Below are positions 39,016 to 53,500 of a stretch of 64,000 nucleotides of DNA, piece by piece (position 1 is the first letter of the stretch; the number at the start of each line of letters is the position of its first letter). Below the pieces are notes generated by a model that was not told the DNA's origin, did not search any database, and saw only the letters and a program-made list of their open reading frames with translations. Source of the stretch: Chrysomallon squamiferum (lineage: Eukaryota; Animalia; Mollusca); NCBI GenBank assembly GCA_012295275.1, contig CM022678.1, forward strand, positions 9,486,001 through 9,550,000, written 5' to 3'. The position numbers and the translations under genes were made by a program.

Positions 39016-40873
39016 CAACAGATGTACATGCAAAGATTGACACACATTAAAACCTCCATATACATACATATCAGTGAATTGAAGGGAATCAAAGCAAATA
39101 CAGTGAAATCAATGAAATGAAATGATACATGATTATCACTGAAATGAAATTAAATGTAGTGGGATGCTGTGAAATACAATAAATGAAATGAAATAATAAT
39201 ACAATAAAATCAAATAAATCAAATACAATGCACTACAATAGAATACAATACAATAATGAATTGAACAGAACTGAACTGAAATAAATGATTAACAATGAAA
39301 TAAAGTGAAATGAAATAAATACAAAGCTAAAGTAAATTGATTTTGTCCATGGAATAAATGGCTTTTTAACAGTAAGTAAAAAGTCATGAAAATAATTAAG
39401 TCATAACCCATACCATTTGACTCATATCTACTTTCATGGTAAATTGTATAATATTGTTTATACAACTCTGACTATTATTGTAATTAATAATATTTATTTT
39501 ATTTTTTTCAGGGTCCTTTTTCATAAACTTGTTTTGAGAATGAAAGAAAATGTGAGAAGTGACATTGATTCTAAGTGACTTGTTGTGTTTATCTCCCAGT
39601 TCTTCAAGTTTTCTCACTGTACTGAACAAACTAAACAGAAGAAACAGCAGAAGATAAAATATTTTCACAACACATATGAAGGACTGAAAAAAAAAAGTTA
39701 CTTGTTATGTGGACTGCACTTACTGAAGAATTTATAAATCTGTGAAACTGTGATTTCAGATTCAAAGTGTCATTCATGCAAGATACAGTCAGACATAGAC
39801 CAGTGGACAGAATGTTTGGACCAGACAGTCAAGTGTGTGAAAAAGAAATTATTTTTAAAATTGACTGATTTAGAAATCCTTGATTTACTGCTTTAAAAAA
39901 AAAACAAATTGTATAGCTCAAGGGAGATAATTTTATTATTATGATTATTTTTTTATTAATGTACTGGTAAAGATTTTTGAAAAAGTATGCTAATAAAACA
40001 TAAAATGGAAGAAGATATGTTGTTTGGAAGATATTTTCTTAATGGTTAATTTGCAGATTACATTATAGGTCAACTTGTTTAGTACATCTTAAATTTTTTC
40101 TATCCGAATGTCTTGGTATTCTTTTATTTTGTTCTATTAATATACTTTCACTGGACAATTAGAAATCTTGGTACATTTATGATTTATAGCAGTCTCAGCA
40201 CTTTAAGACCTGTTGAAACATTTTAAATAAATTTTAATTTGGAAGTTCAGGTACATCTTAGACCATGTTTTTCTAAATTTTTAATTATGAATTTTGTTGA
40301 GGCTTTTCTAAAATTATCTTTTTCATATGAAAAAGTAGATTTGATGTTGATCTTTTCTTTTTCTTGTTCAAATAAATATTTCATTATTATTTTGTTTTCT
40401 GTTTTTCATTATATATTTGTAGCCAGCATTTTCATCAGACTTGAGAAACAGATTCCTAAGAGTGAGGAATATTTTTATATAAATAGTTTTGAAATAATAG
40501 TAGAAGTAATAGATGTGATTGTGGAAATACTGATACAGATAATGTTGCAGCAGTTAGTAATAGAATTAGTAGTAGTAGTAGTAGTAGTATAACTAGAAAT
40601 AATAGCAGCAATAGTAATACTGGTAAAAGGTAATGAAAATAACAATAGCATAAGTAACTGAGGGAGTACTGTAATAATGGTACTATTATTAATTTTTGGC
40701 TGTGTACATATTCAGAAAACACCATAAACACTTTGCTTGGAGATATATAATTTTGAATTTTACTTGCATTTCAAATGACTGAATAATTTGGTTGTTTGCA
40801 GAATATACTATTTAAATTGTTTCTTCTATCTATCTGTCTGTCTGTCTATATGTGGAACCAGTCATTACACATA

Positions 40874-41073
40874 NNNNNNNNNNNNNNNNNNNNNNNNNNN
40901 NNNNNNNNNNNNNNNNNNNNNNNNNNNNNNNNNNNNNNNNNNNNNNNNNNNNNNNNNNNNNNNNNNNNNNNNNNNNNNNNNNNNNNNNNNNNNNNNNNNN
41001 NNNNNNNNNNNNNNNNNNNNNNNNNNNNNNNNNNNNNNNNNNNNNNNNNNNNNNNNNNNNNNNNNNNNNNNNN
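40874..41073. other. Assembly gap (200 N)
   Basis: N run. Confidence 1.
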
Positions 41074-43359
41074 TAATCATTATTAGTATGATGATGAAGA
41101 TAGGAATAATATTTTACAATTTTGCATAGAATATAAAATAATTATTATTATTAAAAAATATAAAAACTTTGCTGATCTTTCTGTTTAAATTTAAAGTATT
41201 TTACAGAATTAAATTTCTCTGGTACAGTAGATATCACTTTTAACACACAAAACACACAATAAATAAAATAAATATGGAAGTCATTCTAAGAATCACAACT
41301 CTGTGCAAACACATCATGTAAAAACTAAACACTAAGTTGCTGTCAGAATTTGCTAATAAAGTCACATTGTAATCACACTTGAACAATTCTCAGATGGAAG
41401 CTTGATGAATATGACACCTGACCTTGTTATGTGTGTATGTGCATGTGTGTGTTCTTGTGTGTGAATTGTTTTTTGTCCTGCTGTGTATGATGTGTTTGTA
41501 TACATTGTGTAAGGTGTGTTTTGATATGTAAATGTGTATGTTTGTGTAAATGTGCGTGTACATTTTTATTTTTGGGTCCTTATGAATGTATGGTGTGTGT
41601 TTATGTTCTTGTGTGGGATATGTAGATGTGTGTCTATTGTGTTGTGTGTGTTTGATGTGTAAGGGTCTGTGTATGTGTGTCTGTGTATATGGATATTAAG
41701 TGTATGTGTAGATATATGAGTCTTTGTCTGTGCATTTCTCACAACTCAAAAAGCAGAAACAAATAAAATGAAGTAAGAAAAACCCACATTGCAATATAAT
41801 GCCATAAAATGTATAACGAAAGAAAAAAAATTACAAAAATAAATCAGTGTAGACATGTATTTTAGAAGTTTGTGACGTGTAATAAATAAAATACAAATAC
41901 CCAAGAACAAACAAACCCAGTTATAAATCTGCAAGCTTTTATGAGATCCACAGTGTAAAACTATGTGACCAAAATTTACACTGTTATTTAGACACAGTAT
42001 TTCACTAGACAGTTATCTTGCCTAGATGACAAACATTTAGTGTAACTCAGTTTATTAAATGTAGGCAAATACACAGATCTAAATAAAACCATGCTCTGTA
42101 TGTAGTAGATTAAAAATATTATCAGCTTAGTATTAATATAATTATTCATGTACCTAATAATAATAATAATAATAATGATGATGATGATGATAATTTATTT
42201 TAAAAAATAGAGATTAACTTATTTATATATGTATACATAGCATTACATTTAGCTAAATGAAACTACATTAATTTCGATGGAAAAGGTTAGTAAAGGTTTC
42301 TCGATATTATTTTGATTTAGATGTAATCTAATATTTCTCTACCTATATAACATTGTTTTCTGAGTTAATGTACTTAATATTATCATAAATCTAAAATTAT
42401 TCAAAATGTTATGTTTTACAGATTTCAGCATGGTTTAGTTTCTAATTTGATAACTGAAATGCACTTTTAAAAATTAATTTGTTTTATATAATCTGTACAG
42501 TTATAAATATTAATTAAGTATTCATTATGCATGCAAATAGTAAAAAAAGTGAAATTAAACTTTAGTTCTGTAGCCCATCATTTCTGCAAACCCTCTTTAA
42601 AGGTTTCTGTAAGAAATGTACAGAAACACATTTTATTACTATATTAATATTATATTTATCTCTTATTAAGGATTAGAGTTTCTTGGTGTATGTAAAAATG
42701 ATAACTTAAAACTGGTTAATAATAATAACAGTAATAAAAAGATAAAATAATAATAATAATAAAAACAAATTGTGCTACTAGATTCTAGTAACAAAAACAA
42801 CATGGTTTTTACTGAAAGAAATTTTCATGAGTTTTTAGACAAGTTTTACTTTGAAAAATTATTTTCTTTAACATTTAGCACTATAGAACTTAAATTCATC
42901 ATGAAACACAACTGGAAAATTCCACAGGTAAAAAAAAAAAAAAAAAACTCTTCTTTTTTTAAATAAATAAGTCATTTATAATTGAGAAGCAATATACAGT
43001 AGCACATTATTATAGTTTAAATCAGTTTTGAATGCAGAAACTGTGATGCAGCCTGATTAATCATGTTAAAAATATTTTCCATCTAAAAAACTTGCAGCTA
43101 GCTATATCTGACAGTGATTTGAAATATCATGAGTTCATTGTAGATCTTATTTTACACTGTTTGAATTAAAGATCTGAATATTCTGAAAAGGATTAATTAT
43201 AAATTTGCATCTATATCTGACAAACAGTGGTTTGAAATATCATGATTCAAAATAAATGTTTTCATTTAACAAAATAATTTTAAATTTTGGATATTTTTAT
43301 AAATCAGTTTGAGAACTCGACACTAATATTATATGTAGACTAATGGTTTTTGTTATCTA

Positions 43360-43397
<38 letters not shown>

Positions 43398-44405
43398 TAA
43401 TAATGATAATAATAATAATGATAATAATAATATATTTGTTTCTAATTAATGTAGATCCTTTTTTTTTAGTGTAGCAAGTTTTAATAATTTAATGATCTTT
43501 GCTTATGTTAATTTCAATGTTGTTAAAACAACAACAACAATAATAAAAGCAACAGAAGCAAATGGTACTACATTAATCAAAAAAGTAAATCATTTTCTGA
43601 AAAACTTTTGTTTAATTTACTACAAGTATTAAGGTGGTATAAAAATGATTAGTAAAGCTGGAAACACTTTATAAAAACATGACAATGACTTAGCTACTTT
43701 GTGTACCTTTTATAAAAACAGGTCACATTTACTTCACATGAAGAACATTAGGAACATGGAAAAGATGTCTCATACAACAAATATTAAAAGTATTATTTGT
43801 TATAAGGCATTGAGATTAAAGATTCAGTTACAATTTACTAAAAATGAGAAAATGTAAGCAATATTTATGTATACAAAAAAAAAAAATAATAATAATAAAA
43901 TAAAATAAAATGACTTGAATGGTTTAGCTAAGAAAAAGCTCTTGAAAGTAACGGATGTATTTTTTGTTTTTATAAAAACAAAAAGTGGATCAATGTTGTC
44001 TAATTAGGAGTTATATTTCCAATGTAGCTTTTAGTTTATCTTATTCACGGTTATAAGATTAAAAAATAAATAAAGAAATAAAGAAAAGAAACAAACTTTG
44101 TTTAACTATGAAATATTTCTTCAGATATTTAGATATTTTCAAAGACTTCACAAACAATTGTCATACACACTTTCTGCATCTGACAAACTACTGCAAAAAG
44201 TGAAAGAAAGATTTTTTGAAAAGCTTGGTGTTTTCATTGTAAACATATTAAAGAAACAAAAGAAAAAACAGAACATTGTCCACAGGAGCAAAAAAATAAA
44301 AAATGTAGAAAACATTTGTCATCATAAACATGACAATGATGTAAAGACACAACTGCTGCTGCAGCTGCTGATGATGGTGATGTGTGTTGTGAGATCTACG
44401 TCTTC

Positions 44406-44932
44406 CTAATACACTTTCTTTGACGTTGCTGGTGGTTTCCCAGTCTTCCAGAGATAATTATGAATAACAACAGCATCAATGGACACAGATAAATGTTTGC
44501 TTGATGTCAGTTGAACTTTTAGCCCTAGAATTATATCTGTGAGAAAAACAAAATAATATTAATTAATTTATTACATGATAATTAATAAGTAAAACAATAA
44601 TTCATTAGTATTGACTCATTCCTAATCAGAAAGCATTCTTAAAAACACATTTACATTCACTGAAATATTTTAATCTTAAGCAGTCAGTTCTGTGACATAA
44701 TTAATACATTATTAAAAAAAAAAGAATATAAGAAAAGAACTTAAAACTAAATGAAGTATTTGGTTTTTATTAATAAGAAATTAGATATTGATAAATGTTT
44801 CATCCTCACTATCTAATCACACCACTGATTAACTTATTGTTATAGGATCTATCATTTTTTGTTATTGAGAAACACAAAAATTTAAATTTCATTTGGTCAG
44901 TATAAAAGTTCACCTAATTATTTTCAGTTTAT

Positions 44933-44969
<37 letters not shown>

Positions 44970-45400
44970 TAACTAATTAGTAAATACATTATTTGCAAAC
45001 ACATATTTTAGATTATATTAATGAGCTGCATGTTGAGAAATGTACAAATTTATAAAGGTGGAGACAGATTTAAAATAATATAAAAATAAACTTTCTTATC
45101 AAAACTACTTATTTATATAGCAATGTACATGATGTTAGACATAAAAATATATTAAATATGTGCTTACTTATAAAAGTATTTATTTATGTAGCAATACCTA
45201 CTATGACAGTTTAAAATATTAAATATGTATACTCACTTACAAAACCTATGAATCATTTTACTGGTAATTTCTTTAGGTCCCTCACCACAGATTTTGATAA
45301 CTTCGTCTGTTTCGGGTGTGAAAGAATATAGAGCCCTGTACTGACATCCTCCATCTCGGAACAGAATTACAAAGTGTTTAGCATCAGACTTAGCCAGTTC
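44406..45400 (-). pseudogene. CAMSAP: CAMSAP/Patronin C-terminal CKK domain, last two exons (45237-45400, 44406-44536), copy D
   Basis: ELAKSDAKHFVILFRDGGCQYRALYSFTPETDEVIKICGEGPKEITSKMIHRFCK|YNSRAK../SSKHLSVSIDAVVIHNYLWKTGKPPATSKKVY* matches the CKK consensus (HYIILFRDAGCQFRALY; KTMSVSVDALTIHNHLW). The last exon is 131 nt and frameshifted; the first CKK exon was not found upstream. Confidence 0.95.
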
Positions 45401-46126
45401 CTAGATACACAAACAAACAAACAAATAAACATACAAACAAACAAATAAACAAATCAATCAACAAATAAATAAATAAATAAACTGATAATAAAAATAAAAA
45501 TAAATATACTGATAAACAAAAAAAAATAAAAATAAAAAATACAAATACATATTTAGTATTTACATAAAGGATTCAAAAGTAGCTAAAGCTGATTTTGCTT
45601 TGCAATAATAACAAACAGTATAAAATTAAAGTCATTACTGATAAAATTATTATAGACACTCACACCTATCCTGTAGATTTATTCCACTCTGAGGTATTTC
45701 TATAATTCTACAACAATTAATAAAAATGATCTGTCAGTGAAAATACCTCAGCACGGTGATCAGACTTAGAAATGTATGTTGTCACTGGAACAAAACAAAA
45801 ACACACAATAATAACAAACAACAGTAAAACACTGTACATTAACAAGAGTAGGATAAATCAGAAAAAAAAATTAATTCACTTATAAAATCTGTTTCTTATT
45901 ATTGTTTGTTTTCTTAAAGACAATCAAATATAATGAAAGAATAATTCTACAATGACCTGTCAGTGAAAATACCTAAAAATGGTGATCAGACTTAGGTGTT
46001 ACAAAGATACATTATTATTTCAAAGCTAGACAGACAGCATCATCAGCTAAAATATCACAGTATCAGTTCACCTATTACTACAACAATGGCAGTGACTATA
46101 ACTATTGGTATAACAACAACAACCTC

Positions 46127-46129
<3 letters not shown>

Positions 46130-46218
<89 letters not shown>

Positions 46219-47310
46219 ATTTCTATATAAAATAAAATATCCCTATTTTTGACACATACATATATCAACAACTAATGTTTTATTCTAACAGGATATTTAT
46301 AATTTTTTTTTGAAATTACTAAATTATAAATTACTAAATGCATTATATAGAGTCTTTTTTAGAATTATCAAATTATACTAAAAACTGAGGGAGAGCAAAA
46401 TCTTTTTTTAACCTTTCAAATCCAAAAAAAAAAATAAAGTAGACTGTTTTCTGAGAAGTTCAAAACAAAACAAGATTACTCCTAGTATAAATATAAGCTA
46501 AAAAATAAATAAAACAATGCTACTGGAAATATGGAAGAATACTAAGTTATCAAGCTATTTGTATAATACAATTACTTTACTTATTATTATAGACTCTACT
46601 TGCTGAGTTATCAAGCTATTTGTATACTACAATTACTTTACTTATTATTATGACTCTCCTTGCTAAGTTATCAAGCTATTTGTATACTACAATTACTTTA
46701 CTTATTATTATGGACTCTCCTTGCTCTAATCTGCTTTTCTTATTCTTTGTATTGAGAATATGTTACCAATACATAAGTGAGAAGAATGTAAGTTGATATT
46801 TAAACAGGTAAGTTAATGTCTGTGTTTCATACCAGTTTGTTGAGAAACACCTCTGTCTGTTCTGCTGTCTGTATGTGTCCCATTCTGATGTTTAGATAAC
46901 AACACTTGTCTGTTTTGTGGTATGTGTCTGAAATAGGAAAAACAAAGATAATTTATTTTTTATTGTTTTTATTAGTAACATTGTTTACTGTTATATCTCT
47001 ATCAATGCCATTTACTGATACAAATGAATGTTTGTTCAAAAATCAGTATCTTTTAAACATATTTCATTATAACCTGATTATTGATAAACATGAATTCTGC
47101 TGAAATAGAACAAATCTGAAATAAAGAATAAATATTTTATTTAAGAACAAACACCACATGTTTTTTACTAGTTCTTTGTATCTTAAAAGGTAAATAATAA
47201 TATAACTAATAAGAAAGAAAATGTGTTTCTGAAACATGAAGTGACATCCTTTTTAGACAAGAAACTAAAAATCTTTTTTTAATATACATCTTTCCACAGA
47301 AAAAAACTAA
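46130..47310. repeat. Segmental duplication copy D intron/exon block (paralogous to 16214-17790, 13750-14690, 62500-63645), including (GA)n, 3 units of the 61-bp repeat and the exon at 46833-46927
   Basis: Colinear similarity read directly. Confidence 0.9.
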
Positions 47311-47624
47311 CATATACTATGATCTTAGATATATCAGGCACTAATCAGGAGCTAGATCGGGAAATAACATTTTTAGTCTTCCAAGCATGATTGATCCTGA
47401 AACCCAACAAACCTTTTCCACATACTCTTTTTTATCTCTTTACCGATATAATCAACAGATGTAAATAATAATAACATTAAAACAATACATAACAACATTA
47501 AAAATAGACATGCACACACATGCTTGTCTGCTCTAAAACTTTCACATTGGATTTTAATTGTATTTTAGAATAAAAAATGTTTTTACCATTTTTATGACAG
47601 AGCAATATTGATTACTTTAAGTCT

Positions 47625-49545
47625 GCTAACGATATTTGAAAATAAGCATTTCATCTTTTAGTTCTAGATTAACATTATTCTTAATATATTTGTTAATAAT
47701 AATTGAAACTTTGTTTTGAATACAGTCCTGAGTAAGAATACTTTCAAAGCCCTGATAAAAATAATGTCTGAAAAAATGTATTATATTAATGTTTGTTCCT
47801 TTCAATTCATCTATCCCACACTTCTTGAACACTGATATTCTATAAACTGATAGAATAATATTTATAAATTCTAGTGAACAATTTTTAATTGTTAGATAAC
47901 ATCCAAATATTAACAGTCTCTTTAATTGACCTAATGAAAACCCTGTTTTCTTAAATATTTCATGAAAGATACAAATTAGTTCCTTCACAATACAAAAATA
48001 AATAAAACTTCATTATCCTTCAGATACACCGGACATAAACTAGATGAGATTTTTCCATGTCTACATAATTGACTATTTGTATATATTATATTCAAAACAA
48101 AACAAGAAATGGTTTTGATTACCTCTAGTACAAATAGAAGCTAAAAAGGAATAAAACAATGCTTATTTCAAAGCCTTGATAAAAATAATGTCTGAAAAAA
48201 CATATTATATTAATGTTTGTTCCTTTCAATTCATGTATCCCACACCTCTTGAACACTGATATTCTATAAATTGATAGAATAATACTTATGAATTCTATTG
48301 AACAATTTTCTATTCTTAGATAACATCCAAATATTAATAGATTTTTTTTGAATAAATATTTCATGAAAGATAGATATTAGTTCCGACAATTCTTCACAAT
48401 ACAAAAATAAATGGCACAGATCTTCATTATTCTTCAGATACACTGGACATACACTAGATGAGATTTTTCCATGTCTACATAATTTACTATATGTATATAT
48501 TACATGATGAGCTGTTCTCAAATCTAAGTCAGTAAATTCAGTAAATTTAACACTGTAGTGTATCCATTTCCAAACTGGTCTCCAGAATTTATTAAAACCA
48601 AGCTCAGTCCATTTTTCCTCACATTTTTTGAAAGTAAAATAGAATAAAATATTTTAACTGTAAATGTACTGACATTTATCACTTCATTATAATGAAAGAT
48701 TTATTTTTCCAGTTCAACCTTTCACATTATTTGGTCCTAAATATATACTCAGAATTTCAACACAGTCTTTACTCACTGATATCAGAATGTTAAATGATAA
48801 GTTTTTTTTATAGTCTTACCAAGACAAAGTACTTCTGACTTACCTATATTGACTTTTACACATTTACTGTATTAAAAACAGATTCTACTGACTGAGCATC
48901 ACAGACTGTTACAGTAGAATCATCTGCATGCTGAAATAATAAACAACTAAATTCATTTGTTATTCTAATTCCATTCATGCTGTGTCTACTTATAATTAAA
49001 TTATTTAAGGGTTCAGCTACAATAAGATAAAGCATCATTGATATTGGACATCCTTGTCTAACACCTCTTGTAATATTAAAGAAATGTGTTAAATGTCCAT
49101 TAATCTTGACACAACTTTTTATATCATTATAGAGTATTTTAATCCACATTATAAATTTATCACTAAATTGAAGGTTTTCAGAACTTTTCAAACAAAACTA
49201 TGTGACACTCTATCAAAAGCTTTTTCTTGATCCATTTCAACAATAAACCCTTCAGTTTTATTTAACTCAGCAATATCTGTAACATCCCTCACTACACAAT
49301 ATTATCAGCAACATCTCTTCCTTTTACACAACAGCTTTGTTCTGATGAAATAATAGTTGACATAACCTGTTTAACACAATTAGCAAGAACTTTAGAAATA
49401 ATGTTATAATCTATGTTTAAAAGACTGATAGGTCTGAAATGTTTAAGGTCTGCTTTTTCTCCATTTTTCTTGTAAAAAATACGACTAATTACCCCTTTTC
49501 CTCTTTTTTCCTCTTTTTTAATTGACATAACAAAATTTTCAAAAT
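47625..49545 (-). mobile_element. L1/Tx1-clade LINE fragment (RT to 3' end), near-identical to 17870-20072, with a duplicated 3' segment
   Basis: KHFRPISLLNIDYNIISKVLAN, TRGVRQGCPISMMLY, QHADD and CPVYLKNNEDLCHLFLYC; 47740-48090 repeats 48165-48500. Confidence 0.93.
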
Positions 49546-49589
49546 TCCCCAGAACAGAGCTATTTCACAATCCTATGTCTCATGTGGGC

Positions 49590-49968
49590 AAATAGAAACC
49601 TGCTTTGACAAAACAGACTGAAACTAGTCTATTTACAAATAGAAACGTGCTTTGACAAAACAGACTGAAACTAGTCTATTTACAAATAGAAACGTGCTTT
49701 GACAAAACAAACTGAAACTAGTCTATTTACAAATAGAAACCTGCTTTGACAAAACAAACTGAAACTAGTCTATTTACAAATAGAAACATGCTTTGACAAA
49801 ACAGACTGAAACTAATCTATTTACAAACAGAAACTTGCTTTGACAAAACAGACTGAAACTAGTCTATTTACAAATAGAAACGTGCTTTGACAAAACAGAC
49901 TGAAACTAGTCTATTTACAAATAGAAACGTGCTTTGACAAAACAGACTCAAACTAGTCTATTTACAAA
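49590..49968. repeat. 47 bp minisatellite (about 8 units)
   Basis: Unit aatagaaacgtgctttgacaaaacagactgaaactagtctatttaca; only one unit at the paralogous 9010-9047. Confidence 0.95.
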
Positions 49969-50549
49969 TTAGGGGTGTGACAGATTCTTATGGGTGACAT
50001 GAATAGCTTCAAACTAAACTTTGACAACTAACATGTACATGTTTTGAATTAGATGGTAGAATGGCTGTAGAATAGGTCTGCTGAAATTCACAGTGGAATG
50101 GTTCAAACTGAAAAGCAGTGCAACAATTTGACCAAAGTCTCTGTGACTTGCACCCGAGTGTTTTGATACAACCAGATTAAAAATTACATAACAAACATTT
50201 GACAGGGATTTCATATGAGTGTTTAAAAGTTTGAAAAGTTATAAATATTTCTCGTATGGATGTGTGCAAAACCTTAAGTCCACAACCATAAAAGACCAAG
50301 CTGTCTGTCATGGACTTTTGTTTACCTGGAATCGATGGCTAAAAAAGGACTCAGTATTGTCTGTTCTCTATATACATGTATGTATGTATATGCATGCACA
50401 CATACATACACACACACACACACACATACACACGCACACACACACATACACATACAGACACACATAATATTAATACACATAAATGCTGTTACCCAGCCTG
50501 CTATCCTCCCACCTACAAAAATGGGAGCCTGTATGTTTACATACACACA

Positions 50550-53500
50550 CAGTATAATTGAAAAACCACCTCTCAAAACAATTCAGGTCCAGATCAAGGG
50601 TAGCAGGTGCCCCTCCCCCACAGATGCACTACAAACATTGACAATAACTTGTTTGTTCAGCAAGTCTTTGCAGTGATACCATTTACAGTCAGAGTATTTA
50701 CACCTTTGTTGCAGACACATCTCTGACTGAACTCTGACAACATGGTCACACACTGTGTTCAGCAAACAAAACATACAGGAGCATGATTAATTAAATATTT
50801 TGTTTATGAAGGAAAAGTAACATTAAAATCTTTTCCATTTCTATGTGAAGTGATTACCCACAAATGTTCCTGATATTGATGGAAGGATAACAAATTTCCC
50901 AGATGTCTGCAATTGGAACAGTTAATAACTGAACAATGGTCGTGGCCTCACATTACAGCATGGTTGGTTTTGCCCACCAATTTCCAAGTAGGACTATTTT
51001 GCTGAGATCTCGCAATCTGCATCCTTGAATTACCCGGCAATGGGCACATGCACAGTGGAATGTGAAATATCTCAATTAACAGTTGACTCTAAAACCCAAT
51101 ATATTATAATTTAGAAAATTCACTTTTCTTTTGAAAACCAAGAACACAATTAAAAACTAATTCTTTGCTTGGACATGTATACCCTTTTAAATGAGATAAT
51201 AAGAAAAACAAAAACTAATAAAAATGAATAACCATTTGTAATATTTATTTTAAAACTATTTAAAAGTCTGCATTTCCAAAATACAAGATTCATAAATGTT
51301 GTGTCACCAGATGAACTGCTGCTATCATTTTACTGTTACTGACTGTTATCTCTGTCAATAGAATAACATTAAAACCATTTTTCTGAAGAATCTAAATCAA
51401 ATACAACAAGGTGTAACAAAAAGGGCAGTACCTGATGTAAATAAAGATTTTATAACAGAGCTGGGATCCTTCCTCCAGTTTGTTCAGATTGTAGTCAGCC
51501 AATGTTTCACCAGAAATCTTCACAGTCAGGTAGACTTGTAGTGTCTCACACCAGAGAACTGTGTGAAATTACAAAAATATGTGATAGACTGAAATTTAAA
51601 AAACAATCACATTTAGCCATCATCACAGAAGCCATAAAACAAATGTTTATAATAATAAATAAAAATAACAATAATGATGATTAAAAAAGATAAATATATT
51701 ATATTAATAATAATGATGACAGTAAGAAGAAAAACAATAAACTGAAATCATAAATAAATAAATAATCCATTTAACAAAGGACCCTGTCTAATAATAAAGA
51801 TTTTATCATGATTTTATCTTTTCATTTTTCATTATTTTCCCCAATCCTTGACAATTTTAGGCTCCTTAATTATTGCATAAACACTTTAAATTCCTTACAA
51901 ATGTTACAGAGAAATAACACTTTTGCTACATACCAGAGGAAAGTGATTTCAGCTGTTTTTCAGATAATCCTCACAGGTTCTTGATAAAACAAAATTGGCA
52001 TCCATGAAAGCAAAAATCAGAAAAGGAAATTTGTATCTGATCATTCTTTGAATAAAAATGTTCTATCAAACAACATTTATAATTAAAATAAACCATATAT
52101 ATATGTGATACTTAAGGATTGTCATTATTATAAATTAAATAAAAAACAAAAACAACTAACCTCTGGATGCAGTGAAAATGCAGGTGACATCACATCATCA
52201 ACAGCAGATCAAAATGCTGAAGGATTTCCACTTTCAGCAACAAGCAGTCATAGTTTCTGAAATATTGAACATAGAAAAAACTGAGTTGTATAAGCATATA
52301 ACAAAATATATGCATAAAAATACAATAAATGGTTATAGTTAAAAACTTTTATCTAATTATACATTTCTCTACATTAAATATTTAAATAAAACTTTTAACA
52401 ATAAAAAAAAAATATCAAATTTCCTGAATATAAGGCAATTATTTCTCTGTTATTTGAAATTTTAGAGATCATACATTACTTTATTTTCATATTACAGAAA
52501 CACAGACCAGGAAATTCTAATGCTGTGTTAATGAATAAATACACATATTACTTAATATATCAATACATGTTCTTTGTGGAAATTTCTTACACAACCCCAG
52601 TTGGAAATCAAGTTCAGATTATCTGCAAATAATGGATGCATCATGAATATTCATAACTATGATGCAAAATAAATCAGTTTTAAAAACTATTTTAATTATC
52701 AAGTAATGAACTAAGCCAAGTAAAAATATCTAAAACATTTCAACATTCTGAATATAACAGTATCTGTGTCTTAATCTTATATGTGGCTCTTACCACAGAG
52801 ATGGGGTTTATGGTTTTTCTGACAAGCCTAGATCCAGTTTCTTCAGTACACTCCTGTACCTCATCATGCAGCTTGAGGACTTTGTAAGCTACTTAAACAC
52901 TGCAAACTCTGATCAGACTGTGTGAATGTACACTCTGATCTGCATCTACAATGGTAAGCCCTGTTTCTGCAGTCAGAACCACACATAACAATAACAACTC
53001 ATTCTTCCAGTTAAAGGACACAACTGATTCATACGTTTGTCAAAGCACAGCCAACTTTACAATCTCATCAACCAGTGACAGTGAGTCTTCTGATTCCTCA
53101 CTGATCACAAAGTCAAGTGGAAAGCTTTCCCTGCAGCACAGTGTATTCATTCTTCCTAAGACCAATCACTTGTTCAAGATGAATCTAACATGGTCAGTTT
53201 GTCTCGACATCCACAGACAGTGATGTGAAACACCATCAGTAAACATGGGATTTGTTCATTTACACACACAGCAATGTCAGACTCAGTCTGCTAATACAAA
53301 GACTCCTGGAAGAAGTTTATTCAATAAAATACTATCAAAAATATGTTTTGTTGTTGTGTTTGTATAATGTCCAAGTCTGTGCTCATTAAGATTTTGAAGA
53401 TACTGTATAAATAGTTTAGAACAATCTATTACCACTGCTGTCTTCTGATCAAAGTGTTTTCTGAATTCTGTTTCTTAGGATTAATGTAAACATCAAGGTT

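Noticed and set aside
39760-39832. Possible small exon SKCHSCKIQSDIDQWTECLDQTVK
   Set aside because: Weak donor site and no recognisable homology; too little support to call.
40788-41129. ORFs spanning 40.8-41.1 kb
   Set aside because: Artefacts of the N gap.
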